The position numbers and the translations under genes were made by a program. Below are positions 15,593 through 24,253 of a stretch of 31,198 nucleotides of DNA, piece by piece; position 1 is the stretch's first letter, and every line of letters begins with the position of its first letter. The stretch is from a virus (lineage: Duplodnaviria; Caudoviricetes). Below the pieces are notes generated by a model that made no database searches, had not been told where the DNA came from, and saw nothing but the letters and a program-made list of their open reading frames with translations. Location: positions 1-31,198 of IMG/VR virus record IMGVR_UViG_3300033129_000784. One strand, written 5' to 3'.

Positions 15593-16102
15593 ATGCCATT
15601 ATCAAGATTACAAGCAATAAAAGAATTATCAGATTTATGTCAATCAACATTATTCCCAGAACTTGATAACAATCAATTAGGCAAGATAATTGATTCTCAT
15701 GTAAGGTTTTCCACTTGGACAGCAAGTACATATTATAGTGTTGGAGATATAGTTGTTCCTATAGTTCCTAATGGAAGAATGTATTTTTGTGTTGTTGCTG
15801 GAACAAGTAATACTACACAACCTGATTTTCCTCAGATATCTTATGCAGTAGGTCAAGCATTTTCTGAAGATCCACAAAACGTATATGGTCAAGGTTTTGG
15901 TTTAACTTGGCAAGATGCAGGTTTTGTGCAGGTTGAGAAATATGATGTTAGAGCAGCTGCAAAAGAAGCTTGGATGATCAAAGCAAGTATAGCTGCTAAC
16001 CTTGCAAACACTGACGATGGAAAAATGAAAATTGAGTTGCATACAATTCAAGAAAACTGTATTCAAATGGCAGGTAAATTTAGGAGCTTTGCAATACTAT
16101 AA
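15593..16102 (+). CDS. Head-tail adaptor with inserted CBM5/12-like module
   Basis: Follows capsid; helical ends (YDVRAAA.EAW..KA) flank W.AST.Y.VGD.V...NG..Y.C...GTS. Confidence 0.7.
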   Translation: MPLSRLQAIKELSDLCQSTLFPELDNNQLGKIIDSHVRFSTWTASTYYSVGDIVVPIVPNGRMYFCVVAGTSNTTQPDFPQISYAVGQAFSEDPQNVYGQGFGLTWQDAGFVQVEKYDVRAAAKEAWMIKASIAANLANTDDGKMKIELHTIQENCIQMAGKFRSFAIL

Positions 16103-16479
16103 TGGGCGTACCAATAAGTTTACTAAATAGACTAAGAGCAGTTAATGCAAACTACTTTATGACTAATAAAGTGAAAGTTTACAGAATAGAAACTTTTATG
16201 GATGAGTATGGTGGTTCATATTCAGATAATGTTTTGCTTGGTGAATTTCCTTGTAGATTTGTCCATTTAAATCATAGAGAGCGTTTAGTAGGACAAAATA
16301 TAGCTGCAGATGATTCTTATGATTTTGTATTTCCATTTGATGTATCAATAGAGTTTCAAGATCGTATTACAATTGTTGGAGATAACCATCCCAATCGTTA
16401 TTTTTTAGTAGTTTCAGTTGATGACACCACTTCAGAAGGTATTTTCAACACTGCAAGATGTACAGAGAATTATAACTAA
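16102..16479 (+). CDS. Head-closure (stopper) protein, SPP1 gp16-like
   Basis: DEYGG, PCR, DRI motifs, size and position. Confidence 0.75.
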   Translation: MGVPISLLNRLRAVNANYFMTNKVKVYRIETFMDEYGGSYSDNVLLGEFPCRFVHLNHRERLVGQNIAADDSYDFVFPFDVSIEFQDRITIVGDNHPNRYFLVVSVDDTTSEGIFNTARCTENYN

Positions 16480-16489
16480 GAGAAATATT

Positions 16490-17956
16490 ATGGCAATTAC
16501 TACCGCTAATTTACAATGTAATTTGGATTCTACAAATGCTGCATCAAACACTGGTTCAGGAAATACTTGGTTTGACTTATCTGCAAACAATTTAGACTTT
16601 ACAGGTACTGGAACAAGTAGAGTTACTTTTAATGGCAATCAAGTATTTGATTTAGGTACTGGTAAATATTTTAATGCTGCAAATAACTTATCAGCTGTAA
16701 TTGATTGGGACGCTGATTGGACTGTTGAGTTATGGATAAATGTAGATGGAAGTCAAACATCTACTTATCATACTCCTTGGGGAACTGGTAGTAATGGTTC
16801 AGGAGCTGGTGGTTTTAATGTTCAAACTCACTATTCATTAGGAACAAGAGGATATTTTCAATATACTGGCGGTTCTTATGAAATAACTGTATATCCAGCC
16901 GCAACAGCTGATATACCAAAAGACTCTACTACTATTCACCAGTTTGTAGTTAGAAAATCTGGCGGTACAGTTCAATTTTTATTAGACGGTGTTCCTTCTT
17001 ATTCAAGATCTGGTATTACAAATGCAATATCATTAAATTCAGATCCATTTTATATTGGATATAACGTTTTTTATAATGCAATGATTGGTAAAGTAGCAGT
17101 ATTAAGAGTTTATGATTCAGCTCTTACTAATGGAGAAGTTTTAGGTAATTATTCTACTACTAATTTTATATTAAATCCACCTCCATCACCAGTATTAGAT
17201 CTTAATGCAAGTGAAAGTGCATCATATCCTGGATCTGGAAGTACTTGGTTTGATATAACTGCAAATAACTTTGATTTTACAATGTACAATCCAAGTTTTA
17301 CTCCTGTATCAACTGATCCAGCTTATTTTTCATTTCCAAGCAGAAACTATACTTCTCCAGTAACAGTTTATGGAGAATATAATGGAACACCAGCAATTAC
17401 ATCTACTAACAACTTTACTGGTTATTTTTGGGTTAGAAGAAATGCTGATCACGGTTCATTTACACAGAATAGACTTTCAATTTTTTCTAATGGTAGAGAA
17501 GATTTAGTTGGTGGAGATAATGGATGGTCATATGGAACATATAATAATCCAAATGCAGCAAATGATAATGTAGTTATTGAAAGAGCTGGATATGGAATTA
17601 TAGATTCAGGTTACTCATTTTCTGATGCAACTTGGATTAATATAGCAATAACAGTTGATGGATCCAATACAGTTACATTCTATCAAGATGGAGTAATTAA
17701 AGGTGGTCCTGGATTTTCATTTTCAGCTACCACACCTGCAGATGGAATGTGGATTTCTCGTACTGCTGGAAGTTTTTTTAGTTGGATGGGTGACATTAGT
17801 ATAATTCGTCAATATTCTACAGCATTAACTCAAGCTCAGATACAACAAATATATAATTATGATTTAGCAAATTATATAACTCCTCCAACTCCTCCACCAA
17901 CACCATATATAGGACTTGTAGGTGGAAGAACATTTGGTCAAGGATTTGCTGGATAA
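16490..17956 (+). CDS. Tandem LamG/concanavalin-A-like virion protein (start revised from 16418)
   Basis: Two repeats LD....S..GSG.TWFD..AN..DFT ... G.....R.Y..ALT..E/Q...Y. Confidence 0.8.
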   Translation: MAITTANLQCNLDSTNAASNTGSGNTWFDLSANNLDFTGTGTSRVTFNGNQVFDLGTGKYFNAANNLSAVIDWDADWTVELWINVDGSQTSTYHTPWGTGSNGSGAGGFNVQTHYSLGTRGYFQYTGGSYEITVYPAATADIPKDSTTIHQFVVRKSGGTVQFLLDGVPSYSRSGITNAISLNSDPFYIGYNVFYNAMIGKVAVLRVYDSALTNGEVLGNYSTTNFILNPPPSPVLDLNASESASYPGSGSTWFDITANNFDFTMYNPSFTPVSTDPAYFSFPSRNYTSPVTVYGEYNGTPAITSTNNFTGYFWVRRNADHGSFTQNRLSIFSNGREDLVGGDNGWSYGTYNNPNAANDNVVIERAGYGIIDSGYSFSDATWINIAITVDGSNTVTFYQDGVIKGGPGFSFSATTPADGMWISRTAGSFFSWMGDISIIRQYSTALTQAQIQQIYNYDLANYITPPTPPPTPYIGLVGGRTFGQGFAG

Positions 17957-17988
17957 TAAATATATAGCATCGCAAGGAATAATAAAAA

Positions 17989-20445
17989 ATGTTTTATGTA
18001 TTACAAAATGATAGTACAGCAGCAAGAAGGAGAGTTCCTATTCTTCTTACAGATGCTGCTACTGGAACAACAGCACAAAGTGGAGTAGCTCTTACTACTA
18101 TATTTCCATATGTAAACATTAATGGTGGTGCTTTTATTGGTGGTACTGGAAGTCTCGGAGAAGCAGACTTTGGTCAATATTACTATGAGATGGAAATTAA
18201 TGAAACAGCTACTTTAGGATTAGCTGGTATTCATATTACTGCTGCTGGATGTAGAAATTACGATGCTATAGCTCAAATATCTGCCTTTAATATGTATTCC
18301 AATACAGGTTTAGGTCTTACTGCTGGCGATGTATGGTCTTATGATATTTCAGGAATTACAGCTGCTGGTTCTGCAGGTACTCAACTTAATTTAGCTGCAT
18401 CAGGTGGTGGTCCAAGTCTTACTGCTGCTGAAGTTTGGGATTACAATGGAACAACAAATCCTGCAACAGTTAAAGAAACACTTGAGCTTGCTAAACAATA
18501 TGCTGATACTGCACAAGGTCAAACAGGTCCTACTTCTATTAGAGATGCAGTTTGGGATACAGATGTATCTTTCGTTACATCTCCTAATGCTGGTTATCAA
18601 TTATATCAAGCTGCATACGGAACCACTTCTAATGCTCCTGATCAAGTTTGGTCATATGCAACAAGAACATTAACATCTGGTGGTGCAGGTCTTACAGTTG
18701 GTGATGTTTCTGATGCAGTATGGAATGCTCAAGTTGGATCTTATGCTACATCAGGATCCTTTGGATTAAATATTTTACGATCAGATCTTGCAGGAATTGC
18801 TGGTAGTGTAACAGTATGGTCTGGTGCAGCATATAATGGTGTTTATGCTGACGCTTATAGAATTGATGCAAGTTACACTGCTGCTACTGCATTAAAAGAT
18901 GTTCTTACAGGTATTGGATCTTCTATTACAGGCAACATTACTGGAAATCTTTCAGGAAGTGTTGGTTTTATTGTTGATGATGTAACTCTTTCAGCTGGTA
19001 CACAAGCATCTATTGCTAATAGTGTTTGGTCAACTGATATATCTGGATATACAAGTCCTTCTGCTGGATTTGATCTTGCAAATGCATCATCTGGAGCTGG
19101 TCTTACAGCTGGAGATGTTTGGGATTATGATCTTTCAGCATACAACACATTAGGAAATTCTGCTGGTTCTTATCTATTCTTCAATACTGATAAAATATTT
19201 AGTAATTTAGATATTCCTTCAAGTGCAATTGCTGCATCAACTTGGTCTTATGTAACAAGAACATTAACATCAGCAGCTACTGGTCTTACCGCTGGAGATG
19301 TATGGACATATGGATCAAGAACCATCACTGGTGGTCTTGCAGATACTGTTACCACTCTTACAAATAGATCAGGTTTCGCTATTACAGGTGGAACAATTAC
19401 TACAGTTCTTGATAAAACTGGTTATTCTTTATCTGGTACTCAATCTTTCAACCTTACTGGCAATATTACTGGAAATGTTAGTGGATCTGTAGGATCTGTG
19501 ACAGCTGCTGTAACTGTTGCTAATGCATCTATGACAGGTATTGCTGGAACAGTATGGAATAGTCTTATAGCTTCTTATGGTACTAATGGAACCTTTGGAA
19601 AATTAGTATTAAGAAGTGATGCAGCTAACAAAACTGGAGATGTTACACTTTATTCTTCTGGTGGTGTAAACGGTGTTGATGCAGATATACATAGAATTGC
19701 TAATGATACTGCTGCAGCCACTGCTTGGAAAAATATCCTTACAGGTATTGGTGCATCTATCACTTCTAACATTACTGGTAGTGTTTCTGGATCTGTTGGA
19801 TCTGTAAGTGGAAGTGTTGGAAGTGTAGTAGCTGCTGTATCCTTATCTGGTGCTACTCAATCTTCAATTGCTAACACTGTATGGTCAACAAATATTTCTT
19901 CATACAGTGCAGGTACTGCTGGAAATACTCTCTTGAATGCTGGTGGTGGTGGAGTTGCAATTACTGCAGGTGATATCTGGACATATTTTGATAGAACACT
20001 TACTTCATCAACTGGTGCTACTGCTGGTGATGTTTGGACATATGTAGATAGAACACTTACATCTGGTGCTGGAATTACAGTAATAGGTGCAGTTCAACTT
20101 GTAAATGGTCCTTACAGATTGACATCAAACCAAAACAACAATGACGGTATTCTTGACATCTTACAAAACAGTGTTCAAGAGATTAACCTCAACCTCATTG
20201 ATGGTAATGGTGCTCCTGCAAGTACTGCTGGATATGCAACAGTAGTAAACTTCTTCAATGAAGCTGGTACTGCGGTAACATCTTATGTTCCAACTGTTGA
20301 ATATGCAGATGGTGGTGTATTAACCTTTGAAATTGATGGTGCTGTCACTGCAACTACTGGTAGATACAACTTGATTGTAAACCTCTCAGGTGCAGGATTC
20401 CTTGTGAAATATGGACCTCTTACTACATTGGTGAGACCACTCTAA
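17989..20445 (+). CDS. Repeat-rich virion fibre/appendage protein
   Basis: Gly/Ser/Thr/Ala-rich; about 13 VW-type motifs (LTAGDVW.Y..RTLT); C-terminal beta domain resembling BppU/Ig-like. Confidence 0.7.
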   Translation: MFYVLQNDSTAARRRVPILLTDAATGTTAQSGVALTTIFPYVNINGGAFIGGTGSLGEADFGQYYYEMEINETATLGLAGIHITAAGCRNYDAIAQISAFNMYSNTGLGLTAGDVWSYDISGITAAGSAGTQLNLAASGGGPSLTAAEVWDYNGTTNPATVKETLELAKQYADTAQGQTGPTSIRDAVWDTDVSFVTSPNAGYQLYQAAYGTTSNAPDQVWSYATRTLTSGGAGLTVGDVSDAVWNAQVGSYATSGSFGLNILRSDLAGIAGSVTVWSGAAYNGVYADAYRIDASYTAATALKDVLTGIGSSITGNITGNLSGSVGFIVDDVTLSAGTQASIANSVWSTDISGYTSPSAGFDLANASSGAGLTAGDVWDYDLSAYNTLGNSAGSYLFFNTDKIFSNLDIPSSAIAASTWSYVTRTLTSAATGLTAGDVWTYGSRTITGGLADTVTTLTNRSGFAITGGTITTVLDKTGYSLSGTQSFNLTGNITGNVSGSVGSVTAAVTVANASMTGIAGTVWNSLIASYGTNGTFGKLVLRSDAANKTGDVTLYSSGGVNGVDADIHRIANDTAAATAWKNILTGIGASITSNITGSVSGSVGSVSGSVGSVVAAVSLSGATQSSIANTVWSTNISSYSAGTAGNTLLNAGGGGVAITAGDIWTYFDRTLTSSTGATAGDVWTYVDRTLTSGAGITVIGAVQLVNGPYRLTSNQNNNDGILDILQNSVQEINLNLIDGNGAPASTAGYATVVNFFNEAGTAVTSYVPTVEYADGGVLTFEIDGAVTATTGRYNLIVNLSGAGFLVKYGPLTTLVRPL

Positions 20446-20996
20446 TGGCAAGTTCAATAGAAGTAGATATTGATACTTATAGATTGCTCACGCAAAGAAA
20501 TAATCTTGATTTGATTGTTGCTGCAGCAAGTTCTGTAACTGCAGAAATAATGATTGATAATATATCTTCTACGACAGGAACAGGTAGAGCTTATAAAACA
20601 AGAGGAAAAGTTCATGTTGCATCATCTCCTGGAAGTGCACCAGTCAAAGAAACTGGTGCATTAGCAGGATCAATCAGTGTTTCTTTAGGTAAAAACTCTG
20701 ATCAGAGTGATTTAATAATAAAATCTGAATATGCATTAGATCTTGAATATGGAACAAGTAAAATGAGATCAAGACCTTTTATTATAAGTTCATTGAATCA
20801 AGCATTAAGTACGAGATTACCAGAAATTATTAATAGAGTTATATCTTATATAAATACGAATAAACCTTCAGAAGTTAAACCATATCTTGAATCAACCATT
20901 AGAACTTCTGCAATGACTATACAAGAAGCAAGAGAAATTGTAACAGGTTTAATAGATAGATATTCACGTTCAAGAGAGACTACAAGTACAAGATAA
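20445..20996 (+). CDS. Tail completion protein, HK97 gp10-like
   Basis: H.AS.PG.AP...TG.L..SI and YA..LEYGT.KM..RPF motifs. Confidence 0.85.
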   Translation: MASSIEVDIDTYRLLTQRNNLDLIVAAASSVTAEIMIDNISSTTGTGRAYKTRGKVHVASSPGSAPVKETGALAGSISVSLGKNSDQSDLIIKSEYALDLEYGTSKMRSRPFIISSLNQALSTRLPEIINRVISYINTNKPSEVKPYLESTIRTSAMTIQEAREIVTGLIDRYSRSRETTSTR

Positions 20997-21469
20997 TGTC
21001 ATTTGAACCACTATACATACAGAAATGGATTTATCAAACTTTGCAAGGTGATTTAACTTTGCAAACTCTTCTTGCTGGTAGCCAAGCACCAAATTATCAA
21101 ATTAATGTTTACGGTGAATTGGCTCCTGAGAAAGATCCTATTACTCAAGAGATTCCACAATTACCATATATTGTATTTTCAAATGTTGGAAATCTCGGTG
21201 ATGATACAGTACTTTGTGGTGGAAGATATCTGACAGTTCCAACATACAGAGTTACTGCATGGGATAATAATAATGGAACGATTAGTTATAAGCGTTTGAA
21301 ACCTATAATTGATAGAGTTGATACTTTATTAGGTGGACAAAAAGTAACAATTGATGGCATTACATTTTTCTGCCAGAGATACAATACTGATCAGCCATTC
21401 ACATTACAAGGTGATGGTAGAGTCGATTACGGATTAAGTCTATTATATAGATTTAACACTATAATATAA
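20996..21469 (+). CDS. Tail terminator (DUF3168-like)
   Basis: IY..L..D..L..L, VY...AP, PYIVF; upstream of tail tube. Confidence 0.75.
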   Translation: MSFEPLYIQKWIYQTLQGDLTLQTLLAGSQAPNYQINVYGELAPEKDPITQEIPQLPYIVFSNVGNLGDDTVLCGGRYLTVPTYRVTAWDNNNGTISYKRLKPIIDRVDTLLGGQKVTIDGITFFCQRYNTDQPFTLQGDGRVDYGLSLLYRFNTII

Positions 21470-21488
21470 TATAAGGATATATAAAACA

Positions 21489-21929
21489 ATGCCACAACCA
21501 GTATTAGTTTCCGATGTAGCTGTTGAAATCAGTTTTGGAGCAGATCCACAATCAGATGGTGGAGCAGGAAGTATTCCATCTGCACCAACTGCTAACTTTG
21601 AATGTCAAGCTAAAAGCTTATCTGTAACTGTAGAAGCAAGAACAATTGATTTAACTACTCTTTGTTCAACTACTGAACAAACCTTCACTACAGGTTTGAC
21701 AGGTACTCTTGATATTGAACTTTATGTTGATGATACTACAGGTCCTATTTTTGCATATAAAACAGGTTACCTTTGTAAAGTAACTATCAACCCAGGTGGA
21801 TCTGGAAGTACATTGACCTACCAAGGTTTAGTAACTACTAACACTCAAACATATGAAAATAACAATGTTGAGATGGAATCAGCAAGTATTAAACTTGGTG
21901 CATTTGGATTTAACGCAGTTTACTCGTAA
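21489..21929 (+). CDS. Major tail (tube) protein
   Basis: 146 aa Thr-rich; TID.TTL...TGL.G pattern; position before chaperones. Confidence 0.8.
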   Translation: MPQPVLVSDVAVEISFGADPQSDGGAGSIPSAPTANFECQAKSLSVTVEARTIDLTTLCSTTEQTFTTGLTGTLDIELYVDDTTGPIFAYKTGYLCKVTINPGGSGSTLTYQGLVTTNTQTYENNNVEMESASIKLGAFGFNAVYS

Positions 21930-21939
21930 AAGGAATTAA

Positions 21940-22323
21940 ATGATAAAGAGTTTATCTAAAGTAAAAAAAATCGTTGCTCGTCCTTCTGTAAAGATTAACC
22001 TTAAAGACTTTACAGAAGGAGTTGACTGTATTGTAGAGTTTAAGGAACCAACAGCAGCAGCTATGTTTCCTGATTCAGATACAATTTCAAAGTTAAAGAT
22101 AAAGTTTCCATTCTATCCAGATGCGATGATTTATCAAATTATTCTTTTAGCTAAATGTTATGTTCATGCTCCTGAAGATGGTGAAAGTTACAATGCTCTT
22201 CATGAGTTTGGAGATCTTGCTAAAAATAATAAAGAATGTTTCTTTTATCTAATTGGAGAGTTCTTAGCAGCATTTCCAACTAACAATTTAGATGAAAGAG
22301 TTGATGAAGCAAAAAACGATTAA
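21940..22323 (+). CDS. Tail assembly chaperone (gpG-like)
   Basis: Between tube and tape measure; ends with slippery A AAA AAC. Confidence 0.8.
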   Translation: MIKSLSKVKKIVARPSVKINLKDFTEGVDCIVEFKEPTAAAMFPDSDTISKLKIKFPFYPDAMIYQIILLAKCYVHAPEDGESYNALHEFGDLAKNNKECFFYLIGEFLAAFPTNNLDERVDEAKND

Positions 22324-22502
22324 TCGGATGCTCATCCCAAGTACTTTACTATTCAGTTAGGTATTTGCAGAGACATCCGGCAGAATTAGACTTAACTCTT
22401 GATCAAATAGCAGAAGTAGCGTTTGTGGCAAGAGAAATTGAAAAGGCAGAGGCTGATAAAGCTTCTGCCATAATCAAAGCTTTAATGGGAAGTAGATTCT
22501 AA
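22311..22502 (+). CDS. -1 frameshift extension of the chaperone (gpGT-like)
   Basis: -1 frame from 22311 is open (RLIGCSSQVLYYSVRYLQRHPAELDLT...MGSRF) to TAA 22500-22502, which overlaps the tape measure ATG. Confidence 0.8.
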   Translation, partial: KKRLIGCSSQVLYYSVRYLQRHPAELDLTLDQIAEVAFVAREIEKAEADKASAIIKALMGSRF

Positions 22503-24253
22503 TGGCTAATTTAGCAACAGTAACAATTCAATTTAAATCTCAAGGTGCATCAAATGTAAAAAAAGATACTAATGAATTAATTAGTTTAATGAAAACATTA
22601 GGTGCTCAATTTGGTGTTGCTACTACTCTTGCTGAATTAACTGCTAATGCTATTATGGGTATTGGGAAAGCATTTGTTGATTTAACCAAATCTGCTGTTG
22701 ATTCTTACAAGGCTTTTGAAACTAATATTTCAGCTTTAGCAATTTACAATACTTCTATTCAATCTACTGCTGCTCAACTACAAAGATTGAGAATACTTGC
22801 GTTACAGCCAGGTCTTTCTTTAGATCAAGTACTTAAAGGTGTTACCTATCTTCAAGCTGCTGGTTTTTCAGCTCAAGTATCAGAAAGAGCTATCAAACTA
22901 TTTGGTAATGCTTTAGCTCTTGCAGGTAAAGGAGCAGAAGATTTAGCAGGTGTTCAATTAGCACTTGGACAAATCAAATCTAAAGGTGTTATTTCTGCAG
23001 AAGAAATTAACCAAATTGCTGAACGTGTTCCTCAAGTAAGAAAAGCTATTGCTGATGCATTTGGAACAGCTAATACTCAAGAACTACAAAAACGTAATAT
23101 TCCTGCAACAGAGTTCATTACAAAAATATTAAAACAGCTTGAAAAATTACCTCAAGCACCTAAAACATTTGCATCTATACTAAAAAATATGGGTGATGCT
23201 TTCAAATATGCAGCAATCATAATTGGAAGAGGATTTGCTGATATTTTTAATCAAAGTAATGGATTTAATTTATTAGCACAGTTTTTTAATAATTTGAAAG
23301 AATTAGCACTTGAGTTTTCAGCTGTATTATCAGGTGTTGCTAAAACAGATGCCTTTAAACTATTACAAAAAAATCTAAATGATTCACTTGTAATTTTTCA
23401 TAGTTTAATTCCTGGAATGACAAGAAGTTTTGCTATTGGATTATCATTTGTTTTGTCATTTACGAATGATTTATTAAAAGCAGGAAATGTAGTTTACAAT
23501 TTCTTTGGACAATTGTTTCATGAACCAGTAAAACTTTGGGAAAAAGAATTAAGATCATTTATGGATTTTCTTAATTTTGCATTTGTAGATCCTTGGAGAA
23601 TATTATTTAATACAATTGAGTTAGGATTTGCAAGATTAAAAAAACTAACAACTGCACCTGGCACACAACCTAATATAGAAGCACAAAATAGAGTTAAATA
23701 TTTAGAGTTTCAAGATAAGTTTTTACAAAAAAGATTAGATGATGCATTAGCTGGAAAAAGAGAAGGACAAGTAGGATCTCCTTTATATAAAATGCTTCGT
23801 GGAACTGCTGAAGCTGCTCAAGGTATCTTGCCTTCAATGACAGGTGATCCTAATAACATTGTTTCAAAAGCCTTGAATATCTATGATGATATTATGAAAA
23901 ATAAAGGCTTTTTGAGTGTATTACCGCCTGGATTACAACCTGGAGGTGTTCCACCATCTCCAGATACTAAAGCAGCTATTGATGATGATAAAAATAAGAA
24001 AGAAAAACAACTCAAGGCATTACAAGAGATTGCAAACAACACTAAAAAAGCTAATGATTTAACTCTTAGAGATCTTACTTATGGTGGTGGTCAATTAGCA
24101 GCTCAAGGTTTATCAAGAGTAGAACAATCATCAGCACGTCAAGTTAGTTCTCCACAATTGAATGCATCGAATGATATTGTTCGAGGTATTGAAAAAATGA
24201 TTAGAATGTATAGTAATTCTAACAACCTCAACTTTAGCTTTAGGAGATCATAA
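22502..24253 (+). CDS. Tape measure protein
   Basis: Helical Ala/Leu-rich; ALGQI.SKG.I.AEE.NQ.AER.P motif; ends L.EIA.NTK. Confidence 0.9.
   Translation: MANLATVTIQFKSQGASNVKKDTNELISLMKTLGAQFGVATTLAELTANAIMGIGKAFVDLTKSAVDSYKAFETNISALAIYNTSIQSTAAQLQRLRILALQPGLSLDQVLKGVTYLQAAGFSAQVSERAIKLFGNALALAGKGAEDLAGVQLALGQIKSKGVISAEEINQIAERVPQVRKAIADAFGTANTQELQKRNIPATEFITKILKQLEKLPQAPKTFASILKNMGDAFKYAAIIIGRGFADIFNQSNGFNLLAQFFNNLKELALEFSAVLSGVAKTDAFKLLQKNLNDSLVIFHSLIPGMTRSFAIGLSFVLSFTNDLLKAGNVVYNFFGQLFHEPVKLWEKELRSFMDFLNFAFVDPWRILFNTIELGFARLKKLTTAPGTQPNIEAQNRVKYLEFQDKFLQKRLDDALAGKREGQVGSPLYKMLRGTAEAAQGILPSMTGDPNNIVSKALNIYDDIMKNKGFLSVLPPGLQPGGVPPSPDTKAAIDDDKNKKEKQLKALQEIANNTKKANDLTLRDLTYGGGQLAAQGLSRVEQSSARQVSSPQLNASNDIVRGIEKMIRMYSNSNNLNFSFRRS

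Noticed and set aside
21924-21934. TCGTAAAAGGA as another late promoter
   Set aside because: Formed by the tail-tube last codon, stop and next RBS; lacks the ATA end and is too close to the ATG
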